Assembly (NCBI RefSeq): GCF_006345805.1
Contig: NC_042999.1
Coordinates: 33,852,001 to 33,916,000, forward strand
Origin: Octopus sinensis
Taxonomy: Eukaryota
Direction: 5' to 3'
DNA length: 64,000 bases
The notes under the pieces: model-generated
What the model was told of the DNA's origin: nothing
Databases searched by the model: none
The model's input: the letters and a program-made list of their open reading frames with translations, nothing else
Shown: positions 50,470 to 63,880 of the stretch, piece after piece
Layout: each line of letters starts with the position of its first letter
Position numbering within the stretch: the first letter of the stretch is position 1
Made by a program: the position numbers and the translations under genes

Positions 50470-51500
50470 ATTACTTTTCGACTTATGCTTCTCTTGTTAC
50501 TTAACGCACATTTTCTAACGGTCCACAAGCTTGCTTTTTATGTTGGGAAAGAACATTTTCTGCAGATCACGAAACCATTTATGGACCACTTCATCGCTTC
50601 GTCGTCTGTAGCAAATCGACGACATCGTAAAGGAGTTTTGAGCTGTCCAAAGAGGAACCTATGCAAGGTGTTCCAACAAATCTAATCTCAATTTTTCATT
50701 GCTTTCAATGACATGGACGGCCGTACTTGGATATACATACTTGAGCAACTTCACAGTTCCTTTGACGATAAGTCACATCTTGGGGCGAATTGGCGAATTG
50801 CTGGTTTCACTATGTGGGCCAGAATGCCACTGTGGCGTACATTTATGACTGTAGACCCCTTTGCCGGATAATATTCCAGCATAGGCCTAAAAAAGGTCAG
50901 CTTCTGCATTTCTGCTCTAGGTTTAGACTTAAATTACTTCTTTATGGGCGATCCCATATGTCCCACTACTTACTCCACTCTTTGCGTTCTGACTCAAAGT
51001 AATGAACCCAAGTCTAATCTGTAAAAATTCTTTAAAAAAAATATCCTCATCTATAGAACTAGCGGTCCAGTAAGTGTGGACAAATCTCCAAACCATTTCT
51101 CTATGTACTTCTGTAAGACCTCTTCATACCAAAATCGCTCAATCTTTACAGACGGGTAATTTTTCCTGAATGATTTCGTAGACATAACCATGAATAATTT
51201 GCAGAGAACATAACACTTCATCGATGATCAATCATCAGTTCTTTGTCCCGAAGTAAGTTTCCAGTTGGTTGAGTCTTATCGTACCTGGTTTTCGTTTATG
51301 GTCGTCCTGCTACCTCAAGTGCTTCACGCTCATTGGTCATTTTTAAACTTGTCAGTACACTCAAAACTCTTCTACGAGGTAGGGTGCTGTCCCAGTAAAG
51401 GAAGAAGTTTGTGATTAATTTCAGCGCCTCACACCCCCTCAGAGGCATACGGTCATTGAGCTCACTTATTCGTTGGTGAATAGTACCAGCGGAGCGGGTA
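50470..51500 (-). mobile_element. Decayed mariner transposase (different subfamily from 8816)
   Basis: Translation LPRRRV...AGRP, YEII, HIVKPAIR, FLFGQLKTPLRCRRFATDDE...HKWFRD and KLVDR*KMC. Confidence 0.75.
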
Positions 51501-54430
51501 ATCTTACAAAAAAACAAAACTGGAGTGACCTTGGTCAGATATCGGGCACGTAACTACAATGGTAACACCTTACAGCAAGTGATCTCTGAAGGCAGTACGG
51601 CCTACCTAAAGAAAGTTTTGGAGGAACTGCGAATAGCTTTTGGCTTCCCTGAGTGTACACACTCACACACACTCAGAGACACGCAAACACAATCACAGAC
51701 ACACACACACATGTATTGTTTAAGTTCATGATCAGATACTATAAAAACAAGTTTACATGAATCTAATGAATTAATCTGATTTTGTAGAGAACGAATTTAT
51801 ATAATTATATATATAGGCGTGAAGGTTTGTATGCATTTATGTAGTTATATATACGAACATATATACAGAACATTTTCCTACATTAACTCTCACACCCACA
51901 TTCAGGCACATTCAGACTAAATGTGGCGTAGTATTAGTGTATTAATTACTCGAGTTATGTTAACCAAAAATGGCATAAAAACTACAGGATTTCTCAACTC
52001 ATAAAATGTAAACTCAGCTTCGAAAATATGTTTTCATATTATATCTTCTTAATTTGTAGTCCATTACTGTAGGATTTCTAATTTTCGAATGGGAATTTGG
52101 CAGCACCATATTCGCCAGGTAGTTATTCCGTGCCAAGGAATAGCCAGATTGAGAGAATTTTTTACTGAGGCTAAAACAACATTCATCCCAAGCGGCACTG
52201 CCACATCATGTTGGCAAATAATCTTTACTTCGAAGCAGAGTTAGCGGTTATAATAACCGACTAATGGATAAAAGTATCCGTATTTACTATCGGTATCAGT
52301 TACCTGTGCTATCCCTGGGCATGGATATGAATGCACACTATGCTCGTAGGGTACAGGTAGCAACAGAGCAAAATCAAATTATCAGAAATTAAATTTAAAT
52401 GAACAGAAAATGGAGAAAACGTTTGAGCAACAAGCAAGCAAATTGAACCTCATGTGTACATTATTTTTTAATACGAAACATGACATTACATTTCTATGAC
52501 ATAACATTTCTTACAGGCGTTTCAGCTTCGAATAATATTCGCCATCAGCATAGGAGATTCGATCTAATACATGGAGCTTTATTCGAGTGAATACAAATGA
52601 TTAAACTAGAATAAACAAAGGGAACAGGTATAGGAAAAAACATGGCCTCGTGAAGAGGCCAGGTGGCTCAATATATTAAAGTCATACCATCTTTACGCCT
52701 GGAGCGTTGCACTTGATAGGCAAAAGTGTGATCTAGCAGTGGTCTAGGGAAATATTTACGGGTTATTTCTATATAAAGGAGGAACTAGGATATTTGAAAA
52801 TTAGTGAAATGAATTTAACAATGATGTAAGACAAGAAATTACCAATATCTCTGGAAAGAGAATAGCACTTATGTTATCGTAAATGGGGCTGGTTAATATT
52901 CATCCAAAAATAAAACCGTAGGTTTGTTATAATAGTGTACTTACTGAAATATTGCAGAGACCATCACCTGTTGTCCACAATCGATTTGACCAAAGTCTAT
53001 CTATCACTACAATTGGACAATTATATTTGAACCAAAGGCAAAAGTTAAAACCGTTTTAGGGGATATGTTAATAAAGCAGAAAACGACCCAGTAAATAAAG
53101 GGTGCGGGTGAAAAAACTATGATATAATTGATACGAGGCCGCGTATGGCTTTGTGAAACTTCTCAACGTAACATAAATAAGAATAGGATAAATAGATAAA
53201 TACTGTCAGTCAGAATGCTACATTTTTTAAATAATTAAGAGGAGACAAGTAGTACAGGAGGTGCATACGGATAAAATAGCCTACAAAAATAATACTAAAT
53301 TTTACATCCTAGATAGCAATTAAAATTCTAAGTGGTGGTAATAATGGACGAACCTTATGTGTGTGCAGCCACATTAGGTCTACCACCAAATTATACATTC
53401 AATCATACATAGTAAACCCAAGTGTTCTATTATCTCCTTGGGAAGTCAGCTACTGCAGTGTCCAAGTACACACCTATACAAAGTTACCTTTTAATTCAAT
53501 AAAATAAATTCTACGGGTGTGGGGGTAATGTTGTTCCTAAGTGGGTTGAACTATTAGGGTCTATTTTAAGTGGAGTTAGACCAATATGCTGGTAGAAAAT
53601 TAAGTCCAGATACAAGTGCCAACAAGCACATCGATGGTATAAAAGGTATAGGAAAATAACATAACATAAAACAAAATAAGTAAAATTTAAATTTATAATA
53701 CAAAATTAAAATTTGTTCCTGCGGGTCATAACATCATGGGTAAATAATTATGCCCTCCTCTCTGTGTTCTAGGTTAAGTTCATGATTGAAAGGTGTCGCA
53801 TTTGTAAAAGGGCTTTGTTGGTTATATTAAGGAGGAATGACTTAATAAGTATAAGATGTAGGTTGTTGATATGGGTGGAGGTGTTATCTAAACTCGGAAT
53901 TTGGGTAAAAGTACAGGGGTATTATTATAAAATACCTGCAATAACCCCGGTGTTACGATTAGCGAACTGGCTTTAAATAATAAATACATATATGGCTTTC
54001 AAATTACTATCAGGTCTACTATTTCTATGTTGTAGCGTTCTTGGTGCTATTTAGGGGTGGCATCAGGGTTTGTTACATGGAAGGAGATAAATACAAATTT
54101 ACCTCAAATATAACAAATTGAAACAGCTGTAAATGTTATTTTAACTACAATTGATCTATGACCATTTAATATCAATGATCAACTTCTAATTGTTAATTGT
54201 TGCTCCATTTCTTTTCTTACCTGGATATATTAAACCACAGTTTACCATTTGAATTACCACCTACTGTTAAACTTATATCAAGGTCTATACATATTGACGC
54301 AATTCACCTGTAATGCCTACGGACACATTTAACTCTTAGACCGTTCCATAGCCTCTAACGCATAATATATATACATATATATATATATATATATGAGTGT
54401 GCGTATATGTGTGCGATGTTTGTGTGTATG

Positions 54431-54481
<51 letters not shown>

Positions 54482-55695
54482 CTTTTATACATTATGTATT
54501 ATATAATTACGCATTATGCATATGTATACTTGTGTGTATGTGCGTGCGTCTGTGTGTGTTTGAGTACGTGTCTGTATGTATCTGTATCTGTGTGTTTAGA
54601 AATACACACACGCACATTCAAATACTTCACTTTAAGCAAAAGGGATCGGTGCTAATACACAGAAAAAAGAACGGGATAATAATACACAGAAAGCGTGTCG
54701 AGAGTGTCGTAATATGTATTTATAGGGTATTTATTGTGAGAGAATGGCGTGTCGAAATGTGTATTTATAGTGTATTCATTGAGTTAAATCTTAGACTCTG
54801 ATTTTCATGTCACCGAATTTGAAACGAAATATGAAGCTTGAATTATTAAAATGTTTACAATCAATTTTCAGAATACCATAAAGAGAACATGTGATCGGAT
54901 TCATTAAGAAATATAGTATTAAATAACCGAATATATTTAAATACAATGAAAAATTAGTAATTAAAATTAGCCGACGAGATACAAACAAAAAAAATCCGAG
55001 TGAATTCCATTATCTAAATGTAAGATATCGTAGTCCAATCATAAACTGTCAGTCAGGCAAATATACCGCAGCATCAATCAATGAATAAATATAACAAAAT
55101 TTGTAAAAATAAACTGAGGAAATGAATCGATGTAATACACAGTATTAAGTTTCAGTGTGCGTTCTTAATTGACTTTTCATGCACAGAGACTTGTTGGATA
55201 ATCAAAAATGCTTTGCAATGCTGCTCATACTACAAACTGCTGAACGAAAGAAAAATTAGGAGAAAAGAACAGTTTTAGAATCTTGTCCTCGAAGAAGCTG
55301 GAGTAGCAAAGTCGACTTTCGAAAATCAGCAGCAATTATGTTCTATCTTTGCAAATAATTACAAAATTACTCCCGGTTATTTATTAAAATATTATGCTTT
55401 AATCCATATGAATAGTTTTTGTGTTTTTTATACACATGTGCAAATTATTTCTTCTGTTACCATAGCTACAAGCAGCTGCAAAATTGAAGATGGCCCGTTG
55501 TATATTTCCTTAATATCCAACTATAATTCAAAATACCGCTAGCAATTTGCTTTTTCTGGTCGAAGAATAAATGCATATGCGAGTAGTATAAATTCCCTTA
55601 AAATTTATTTACTGTTGCACGAATATAAAGTTTTTTTCTTTTTTCCTTTGAGAAGCATTCTGCAATGGTACATAGTATACATATATATATATATA

Positions 55696-55789
<94 letters not shown>

Positions 55790-56099
55790 ATGTGCGTGTG
55801 TGTGTATGTGTGTATGTTTGTGTATCCGTGTTTATGTCCCGTAAACTAGCGATACGGCAAAATGAATTCAGTTTTAGAGGCGCTTTTACATAAAATGTTT
55901 TCAAATACACTGCAAACCACTAAACTTTCAACGTCCATTTCTACATGCAAACGGAATATTTATGTTGTCACATAGATAGTTTAAATGCATTTGTCAATAC
56001 AAAATCTTTTTTTTACCTGATCTAAGTACAACGAATTTTACCACCTTACAGGTATACACTACTAAAATGTGTAAAATAAGTCTTTCTACACTTGCCGTC

Positions 56100-57990
56100 A
56101 GAAATTTTTATGAAGTGCTCCTCGAGATGTATAGTTTTTAGTTGAGTGCGTTCTACCTCCAGAAAAAAACAAAGCACTTCTTCGTTGATAGGTCAGTGTG
56201 TCTTTCTCATAATTTATTATAGAGTCCCAATTTACTGAATATAATATGCCCTGGGTACTTAATGATAAATATATTCTTAGAGCTACATGAACACATGGAA
56301 AGGTATTATCAAGCCCTTCGTGTAAGATTAGAAACACTTGTCGAAATTGAGTGGGACATGACATGAGGTTTGAAAAGCTGAGGTTCACCTATGAAAACCT
56401 GATACGTAGCCACTCTGGAGAGCCGTAATAATTTTTACTCTACACTTAATTTTTCCACTAAATCTGGAAAACACACACGATGACACGACGTTGAACTTTT
56501 AACCTGTTAATTGATAAGTTGCATTTAGTTTTTCATTGCAACTGACTGCGGATGTGAAATTATACTGACGCGCCCGCATTCAAATTTTGAGTTTAAGGTA
56601 ATGATGAATCCCGCTGAAACTGAGGTGCTTGTTTCTCCTTCTTGACCCATTTGTTTACGTCTAGCATTTCCATTTCTGTCCATACCATTCATTTCCAACT
56701 CTTTGCACCACTCACAAATCATTTCGGGAACTTTTCCGGATAAATTATTAGATCCTCCAGTTTATTCAGATAAACTTCCACTCCATGAAATGTTGTTTTG
56801 TACTGTTAAAGCGTATAAAAGTTAAATTGCGGATTTGTTTGTTCTGAACGAATCTTGAACGAATTTTGAATGTCATTGCATCCATTTAAGTGGGTTGTAA
56901 TACCGACGGCTATTGTTGGCAAACGAATTTCTGATACGTTCTAGAAACCAAACACTATTTTATTTCATTTAGAATCTTTCATTCATTTTACTTATTCAGT
57001 TGACGCGGAAAAAGGTGTATAAACTTTCGATGGGGTCATCATATATAACGCTACAAAATATTTAGAAACAGCAGGTTCTCCAACACGATTCAGTGAGTGA
57101 GAAGCAGTGTTGATAAAAATCGCTGTATTATTTTTCTTTTGTCTGTCTTATATTCTTTGCTGTCAGCGCACATATTGCTAGCATTGACATAGAAATGCTA
57201 CTAGAATCTTCAAAATTGATATCATCGTTTGGCTTTTGAAATTCCTGTAGAGATATGCGAAATACTTCAATTTTATAGAACCGTTGTATGAAGGCCTTAA
57301 AAGACATTCTGTCAACTTCACAGAAATGATGTATCGCACGATAGTCATTAATTAGGCAAATTGAACGCCCATGATTAATAACGTCATGCTATGTCTTAGG
57401 AGGGTCATTGTGCCATTGATATTATTACCGTAATGATTTCTCTTTCGCCCCAAGATACAAGATTCGTTTCACTTCATGAATTCGCATAAAGAATCAATCA
57501 TTTGCAAAAGCGAAAATTTATAACATATTTGGCTATCAACAGAATGTTTTGTTTCTTTTTTACCTTTTGAAGGAATATGACTGCTTCAAGGATTGGTAAT
57601 TTCCTTTCAACAAATCCATTAGAAATGGTTGAAACTGAGCAGTACTTTCCAAAATTCATAAAACGTTCCTATTGCGATTACATCATTTGATTTTTCTCTT
57701 TGTTACTGATGAAAATTTCATTGGAAACGAAGAAGCCTCATAAACTCCCCAGACGAAATATATCATTTGGAAAGTGAAATATATTTCATGTGTCCCACCA
57801 AACAATGATGTAATGCTCCCTGAATTTAGAACTCCACATTGTTTTACTTTAATGAAAAGTACGTCTCGGGAACTAACGTTTCGAATCTTTTTGTGAGAGA
57901 GGCGGATATTTTGGATTGCAAGTTGGAAATGCTTACTTTCTCTTCTCATTGTGTTTATTGTCTTTCTTTTTTCCAATATATATTAAGCAC
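56100..57990 (-). pseudogene. Decayed hAT-superfamily transposase
   Basis: Translation NVL*ILESTAQFQPFL (compare GNFLGILEL..FDPFL), MTIVRY, YVNASNMC, NTAIFINTASHSLNRVG (compare C.AHSLNLVG), and a dimerisation-domain-like FPCVHVALRIYLSL. Confidence 0.72.
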
Positions 57991-58689
57991 CTATTTATGA
58001 TGATAATCGTACAGTGGTAAACTACCACTAAAAGAATACCTAACATTTAGCAGATATAGGTGGAAACTAGTGGTCAGGAGACAAATTGAAAACGATCTGT
58101 TGTTCTGATATTTAAAGGTTGCGAGTAAACACCTGCTAAAGTAACAATCAATATGTTACCGATGCAAAGTTCAGAGTTAATGTTTTTTCTTGACAACTGT
58201 AAATGATATGGAAACACAACATACGCTATATGTATATCCCATATTATAAACAACAACAGCTTCTAAATCGTCACGTAATCTTTCTAACAATCTTTCTTTG
58301 AACGTCGTAAAATGATAGTGACAAAACTAAATAGATCGAAACATATTTACAGAAAAATTTAACAATATGAAATATAAATATATAGGTATTCAGAAGACAT
58401 GAATGTTCGATGTAAATCACAGATCATAAATGAAACTAACAGTAGAAAAGGGAGAGATTTTAATTGTCTGTCTTAAATGACAGAAACAAATATGCTAAAA
58501 TAGTAAGTTAGTATTATAGATGATGCAAAGACTATGGATATCTATTTTCATTTATCACCAGTATCATATCGTTAACATATTAAAGTATCATTGAAGGAAA
58601 TATGAGATTTCCCATTCTATAAAAAACTTAGTCATGTTAAATTAATTTCAAATACACCACTCATTTGGAAACGTAATTAGACCTTTATA

Positions 58690-59160
58690 AGGCAGTGGTT
58701 CTGAACAAAATGCTTAGAGGCATTGGCAGCATTTAAAATTGGAACGTAAAGACGAACAAAGTGCCGCTAAGCATTTTGTTTGCATTTACGTTCCGATTTT
58801 AGGTGCTGGCAATTTTGACTTAGCCTTTCATATCGCAGGACCGCTAAAAATAAATATTAGTCATATACTGAGGTCGATGTAATTGCCTAATACCTTTCCT
58901 CAAATTCCAAACATCAGGCCTCTTGCCTGTAGTAGAAAGGATTTGTGTTATCATTATTATAGTTATTGTTGTCAGTGTTGTTCAAGCCAGAGCGTTGACA
59001 GAAGCGTTACAGTCCGACAAAATGCTTATCTGGTATTTGTCCAGCTCTTTATATTATGAATTCAAGTCCATCGGAAATTAATTTTCGACTTACTAGCATT
59101 ATTCAAATAAAGTACTAGTCACATTCTGGAGTCGGTGTCATCCATTGGTTCCCTTTATGA
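58690..59160 (+). mobile_element. Two old SINE B-related remnants
   Basis: Contain aaaatgcttag...tacgttccg...gactt, taagtactag and gtcgatgtaattg motifs. Confidence 0.45.
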
Positions 59161-59911
59161 AGTTAAAAACAATAAATACGTAGATATTATTGAAGCAGCA
59201 TTTTCACAAAAGCCCAGCACTTAGTATAATGATAAAAAAATAATCGAATCTTTGTATTAGTCTTGACCTAAAAATTATTAATTTCTGAATAAAATATAAT
59301 GGCCTGTTTTTCCTAGAATTTTGTAAAATAATATAAACGGAAATTAAAATGATATAAAAATTTAGAATCTGCTAAAAACACATCTTTCAACTTAAATAAT
59401 AGTAATTTATGTTAGATGTACACTTATAATGATAGGATGCTATATAGTTTGCATTTAAAGTACTTAACAGAGTAGAAAGTAGACCAAATTTAGTTCTGAA
59501 TTGGATGGGAAACATAAATGAAGCAAATTACGAAACTTCACTGTAACTCTTCGCTCCACAAATTCCTGTTCAGTCACGGGAAATGAAGGAGAACGGATTA
59601 AGAAAATAATACATTTCAAATTCTTGTAAACGCTGCAATTACTCCGGATTGTATATGTCACCATCATTTCTGACAATAGTATTGATTTTTCTTTAACATT
59701 CTATTTCCCTTTTGTTATTGTATACTTTGAGTCTATTTTATGCAAGCGACTGTAGGATGAAATATAAGGGGAAGCCCTTGCTATAGTATTTCTGATGGTC
59801 AAAATGAATGGAGGTTTGTGGAGTTATTTCATCACATCTGGGTGTGGGTCTCGCCCAGTAGAAGAATTTCTTCTTATAAATTTATTGTTGATATTGTGTT
59901 TATTATTTGCA

Positions 59912-60088
59912 GGTGCAGGAGTGGCTGTGCGCAGGAGTGGCTGTGTGGTAAGTAGCTGGCTAACCAACCACATGGTTCTGGCTTCAGTCCCACTGCGTGG
60001 CACCTTGGGCTAGTGTCTTCTACTATAGCCTTGTGAGTGGATTTGGTAGACGGAAACTGAAAGAAGCCCGTCGTAAATATATGTATAT

Positions 60089-60151
<63 letters not shown>

Positions 60152-60362
60152 GTGTATGTGTGTGTGTGTCTGTGTTTGTCCCCCCTAGCATTGCTTGACA
60201 ACCGATGCTGGTGCGTTTATGTCTCCGTAACTTAGCAGTTCGGCAAAAGAGACCGATAGAAAATGTACTGGGCTTACAAAGAATAAGTCCCGGGACTGAG
60301 TTGCTCGATTAATGGCGGTGCTCCAGCATGACCGCAGTCAAATAACTGAAACAAGTAAAAAA
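59912..60362 (+). mobile_element. SINE family A with a 15-bp head duplication and an internal microhomology deletion
   Basis: gcaggagtggctgtg occurs twice (59915 and 59931). The segment between two agcct motifs is missing relative to the copy at 46691. Confidence 0.9.
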
Positions 60363-60429
60363 AATGTGTTTATGTTAATCCACTCAGTGCAATGTCTTCA
60401 GATTGCCCCAATATTTTCGTGGCGCAAGT

Positions 60430-61503
60430 GGCTAACACGGTAACAACAGCAACATCACTAACAGCTTTAAGAATAACAATAATATAAGAATAGAAGCTTG
60501 GAAACTAAATATGTTTAGAAATACAAGATTTAAATCTTCGCTTGAGAAAAAATACTGAGACAAAGAGAACAGAATTTGAGATTGTCATGGAAGAGTTGAA
60601 ACAGAGTATCAAAGCAATATCAGATAAGCTTTTCGGGTATAAGTAAAGAATAGATCGGCATCAGAACAGATTGTTTGAGACAGATAAGAGGATATTTTAT
60701 GGCCAAATGAACAGTGTAGAAGAAAGAACTGGATATGGGAAATGTAATGCAGAAAAAGCTGGAGTAATATTTCGGATAAACCAGTCAATCATAATGGAGA
60801 AGCAGAATGGTTAAAGAAAGTAAGGAAAGAAAGAATTAGTGAGAAGCAGCCACATCTAACACTAACTAGTACATTAATGAATAAATTGTTTGAGAAAATG
60901 CCGAACTAGAAGGGTCTAGGAACAGATTTAGTTGAAGAGTACTGGTTGAAGAAATTTAGTAGCTTACAAAGGAGACTGAGGGAACAACTTCAGGACTGCG
61001 TGGATGGAGGTGTAATAACAGATTGGATGATTAAAGGGAGACAGTTCCTTTAATGTAAAACAAAGGCAAATGCAATGTTGCTAGTAATTATAGATCAATT
61101 AATTTACCATTACTGGGGAAGCTGTTGAGAGTAATGCTCTCATAAACCATTTACGAGTACTTTGACAGCTCTAATTTGTTGCCAGTAGAACAAAATGGTT
61201 GTAGGAAGAACGCTACAGAAACGCATGATCTATTATACATAGAAAAAGAAATTCTAAAAGTAGTGAAATCTAGAAAGAAAATATTACCAATATCATGAAT
61301 AGATTTTAAAAGATGCTATGACATGATTCTACCCTCATGGATAAGGTTTGAGTTCATTCAATATGGCAGACAGCATAATGGATTTTATTAGCTCTAGCAT
61401 AAAGAAATAGAAACTATCTACTCTGGTAACACAGTTTTAGGGAAGTTAATATCAGGAGAAGAATTTTCCAGGGAGACTCGTTATCCCCTTTAATATTTGT
61501 GTT
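60430..61503 (+). mobile_element. R4/Dong-like LINE RT fragment (N-terminal half)
   Basis: Translation YWLKKF, WMIKG, LLPVEQNGCRKN...THDLLYIE, DFKRCYDMI and RRIFQGDSLSPLIFV. Confidence 0.8.
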
Positions 61504-61546
61504 ATATATATATATATATACATATTATATTATATTATATTATATT

Positions 61547-61787
61547 GAGGGTACTACTATTCGTAGATACCAACACGCTAAGAGGGACCAATGCGGTCAA
61601 AACTACTAAAATAAACAAAATTTTACCGAATGCAAAACTTCAAAACACATCATTTTAAAAAATAATTCAGTTACATATCACTTGTGATTTCGCATTTAAT
61701 GCAGAATATGCATTTAATGTTCGTCAGTGCAACAAACTCAAGAAATATTTTAAAGATTAAAGATTTTATCCTCAATTGTTAATTAAA

Positions 61788-61790
<3 letters not shown>
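61547..61790 (-). mobile_element. HHR-bearing element with tail homologous to the 27959-28279 palindrome arms
   Basis: cgctaagagggac...accgaatgca...aaaaaata...atcacttgtgatttc aligns with 28006-28133. Confidence 0.6.
61670..61733 (-). ncRNA. Type I hammerhead ribozyme, near-intact
   Basis: Reads GTTGCA CTGACGA ACATTAAATGCA-TATTC-TGCATTAAATGC GAAA TCAC-AA-GTGA TA TGTAAC. It has a 6-bp stem I, 10/12 pairs in stem II (A.C at the 10.1-11.1 position) and an AUA triplet. Confidence 0.7.
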
Positions 61791-61819
<29 letters not shown>

Positions 61820-61820
<1 letters not shown>

Positions 61821-62130
61821 TAGGTAGGTACGTACGTACGTACGTACGTAGGCAGGTAGATAGGTAGGTGGGTAGGTAGGTAGGTAGGTATGTAGGTAGG
61901 TAGGTGGGTAGGTAGGTAGGTAGGTAGGTAAGTAGGTAGGTAGGTATGTAGGTAGGTAGGTATGTATTTGGTAGGTAGGTAGGTAGGTAGGTAGGTAGGT
62001 AGGTAGGCAGGCAGGCAGGTAAGTACGTAGGTAGGTAGATAGGCAGCCAGGTAAGTAGGTAGGTAGGTAGATAGGCAGGCAGGTAAGTAGGTAGGGAGGG
62101 AGGGAGAAAGGTAGTGAGGTAGGTAGGTAT
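61820..62130. repeat. (TAGG)n tetranucleotide satellite with TACG/CAGG variants
   Basis: Seen directly in the sequence. Confidence 0.95.
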
Positions 62131-62335
62131 ATTTTATATCAATTTAGACGCGATTCAATCGCCAAATGTTGATTGTCCATAATAATTACAAGCTAATTTG
62201 AACTCTGTGAAGTTATTTGTTATATACATTGAATTACAATTGTTATTTCAATCTGTGATTAACATTAAATTTGGAGGGTCATATGAATGTTGCCTAATTT
62301 TCAAATTAGCTACCGATTAAACAGGTAAGTGACGT

Positions 62336-62662
62336 TTTAAAGACTCCGCCGGTTACGACGACGAGGGTCCCAGCTGATACGATCAACGGAACAGCTTGCT
62401 CGTGAACTTAACGTGCAAATGGCTGAGCATTCCACAGACACGTGTACCCTTAACGTAGTTCTCGGGGATAATCAGCGTGACACAGAGAGTGACAAGGCTG
62501 ACCCTTTGAAATACAAGTACAACTCATTTTTGCCAGCTGAGTGGACTGGAGCAACGTGAAATAAAGTGTCTTGCTCAAGGACACAACGCGTCTCCGGGAA
62601 TCGAACTCACAACCTTACGATCATGAGCCGAATGCCCTAACCACTAAGGCACGCGCCCTCAC
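62336..62662 (-). mobile_element. SINE family C with a 12-bp target-site duplication
   Basis: TSD ggtaagtgacgt at 62324-62335 and 62663-62674. It has a tRNA-like head, the gtgtccttgagcaagacac domain and the shared tail. Confidence 0.92.
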
Positions 62663-62680
62663 GGTAAGTGACGTAAAGGG

Positions 62681-62764
62681 ATGTGAATTACCGGTTTCAA
62701 GTCAGTTATTTAAATGTCGAATAATATAGTATCCACACCACTCATCAGTAAAGGATTCCACATA
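62681..62764 (-). ncRNA. Hammerhead motif, core intact, stems decayed
   Basis: CTGATGA (62748-62742) ... GAA ACCGGT A attcacat. The strand atgtg(g)aat can pair with attcacat but is offset by 6 nt from the core. Confidence 0.45.
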
Positions 62765-63624
62765 ATCTTACTGTACTTTTCTCTTTCTGCCTTCTATCCC
62801 CCTCTTCGTACGATCTTCTTTCTCTTTGTTTTGTTGTCAACAATGTAGGCCTAGATCATTTCAGTTATAGGGTGCTCTAACTCTATTTTAATACTGGATG
62901 TATTTATTTGGTGGTCTTCAGTTTAAGAAACCAAGAACTCCATAATTTCACACAAACCCTACTGATAACATATTCAAAAACATTATATCCACATTACCAG
63001 ACGATATAAATAAACTATTTCATTGGATCAAAACTACCAACATACATATATTACGTCCAACCACTAAGCTACAAACTATCCAAGCATAAATGTACACAAG
63101 TCAGCATATACACCTAAGCAGAAAGAATTCCTTCAAACATTCACTCATATACGCACAAAGAAGGTGATGTACACTACTAATTCATTTCATACAAGTACAG
63201 AGACTCATACGATTATATTTACCTAAATCCCCTAAAATCTATCCTAATACTACACATACACATACAGAGATCACACACTTTCACACCTCACCCTCGTAAA
63301 GCATACACCTGCGCAAAGTACCCATACGCAAACACGAAGACGTAAATATATACACACGCTCACTCGCACAGAGGCTCGCACGTACGTTAGTATATTTCCA
63401 AGATGACATTTAGTACATTAAACGGTTCTTTGAGAGAGATATGCGTATCTTGATATACAAATTCATTGAACGTTTGACGGAGTGAACAGTATGAAATTTA
63501 GATCAAACAAACATATAAGAACAGCTTAGCATAGTGAAATAGAAATCACTAGAAGTTATACGGTATATTCATTTTAGTTTCATATACGCACGATGTATGT
63601 ATTGTCTGTAGTCTGTATTTGTCC

Positions 63625-63634
63625 ATGTATATAT

Positions 63635-63665
<31 letters not shown>

Positions 63666-63682
63666 TATATATATTATATATT

Positions 63683-63728
<46 letters not shown>

Positions 63729-63739
63729 TATATATATTA

Positions 63740-63784
<45 letters not shown>

Positions 63785-63792
63785 CATATATA

Positions 63793-63874
<82 letters not shown>

Positions 63875-63880
63875 TATTAA
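63625..63880. repeat. Long (TA)n microsatellite
   Basis: Seen directly in the sequence. Confidence 0.95.

Noticed and set aside
52600-54350. Possible very old Penelope/LINE remnant, or an exon (VGGNSNGKLWFNIS, minus strand 54221-54263)
   Set aside because: Only faint motif hints appear, on conflicting strands, and neither reading could be supported by eye.
47100-61503. The two R4/Dong-like fragments as halves of one element split by an inversion
   Set aside because: Both contain the LG.V.IRR segment just before the FQGDSLSP motif and differ there, so they are more likely separate copies.
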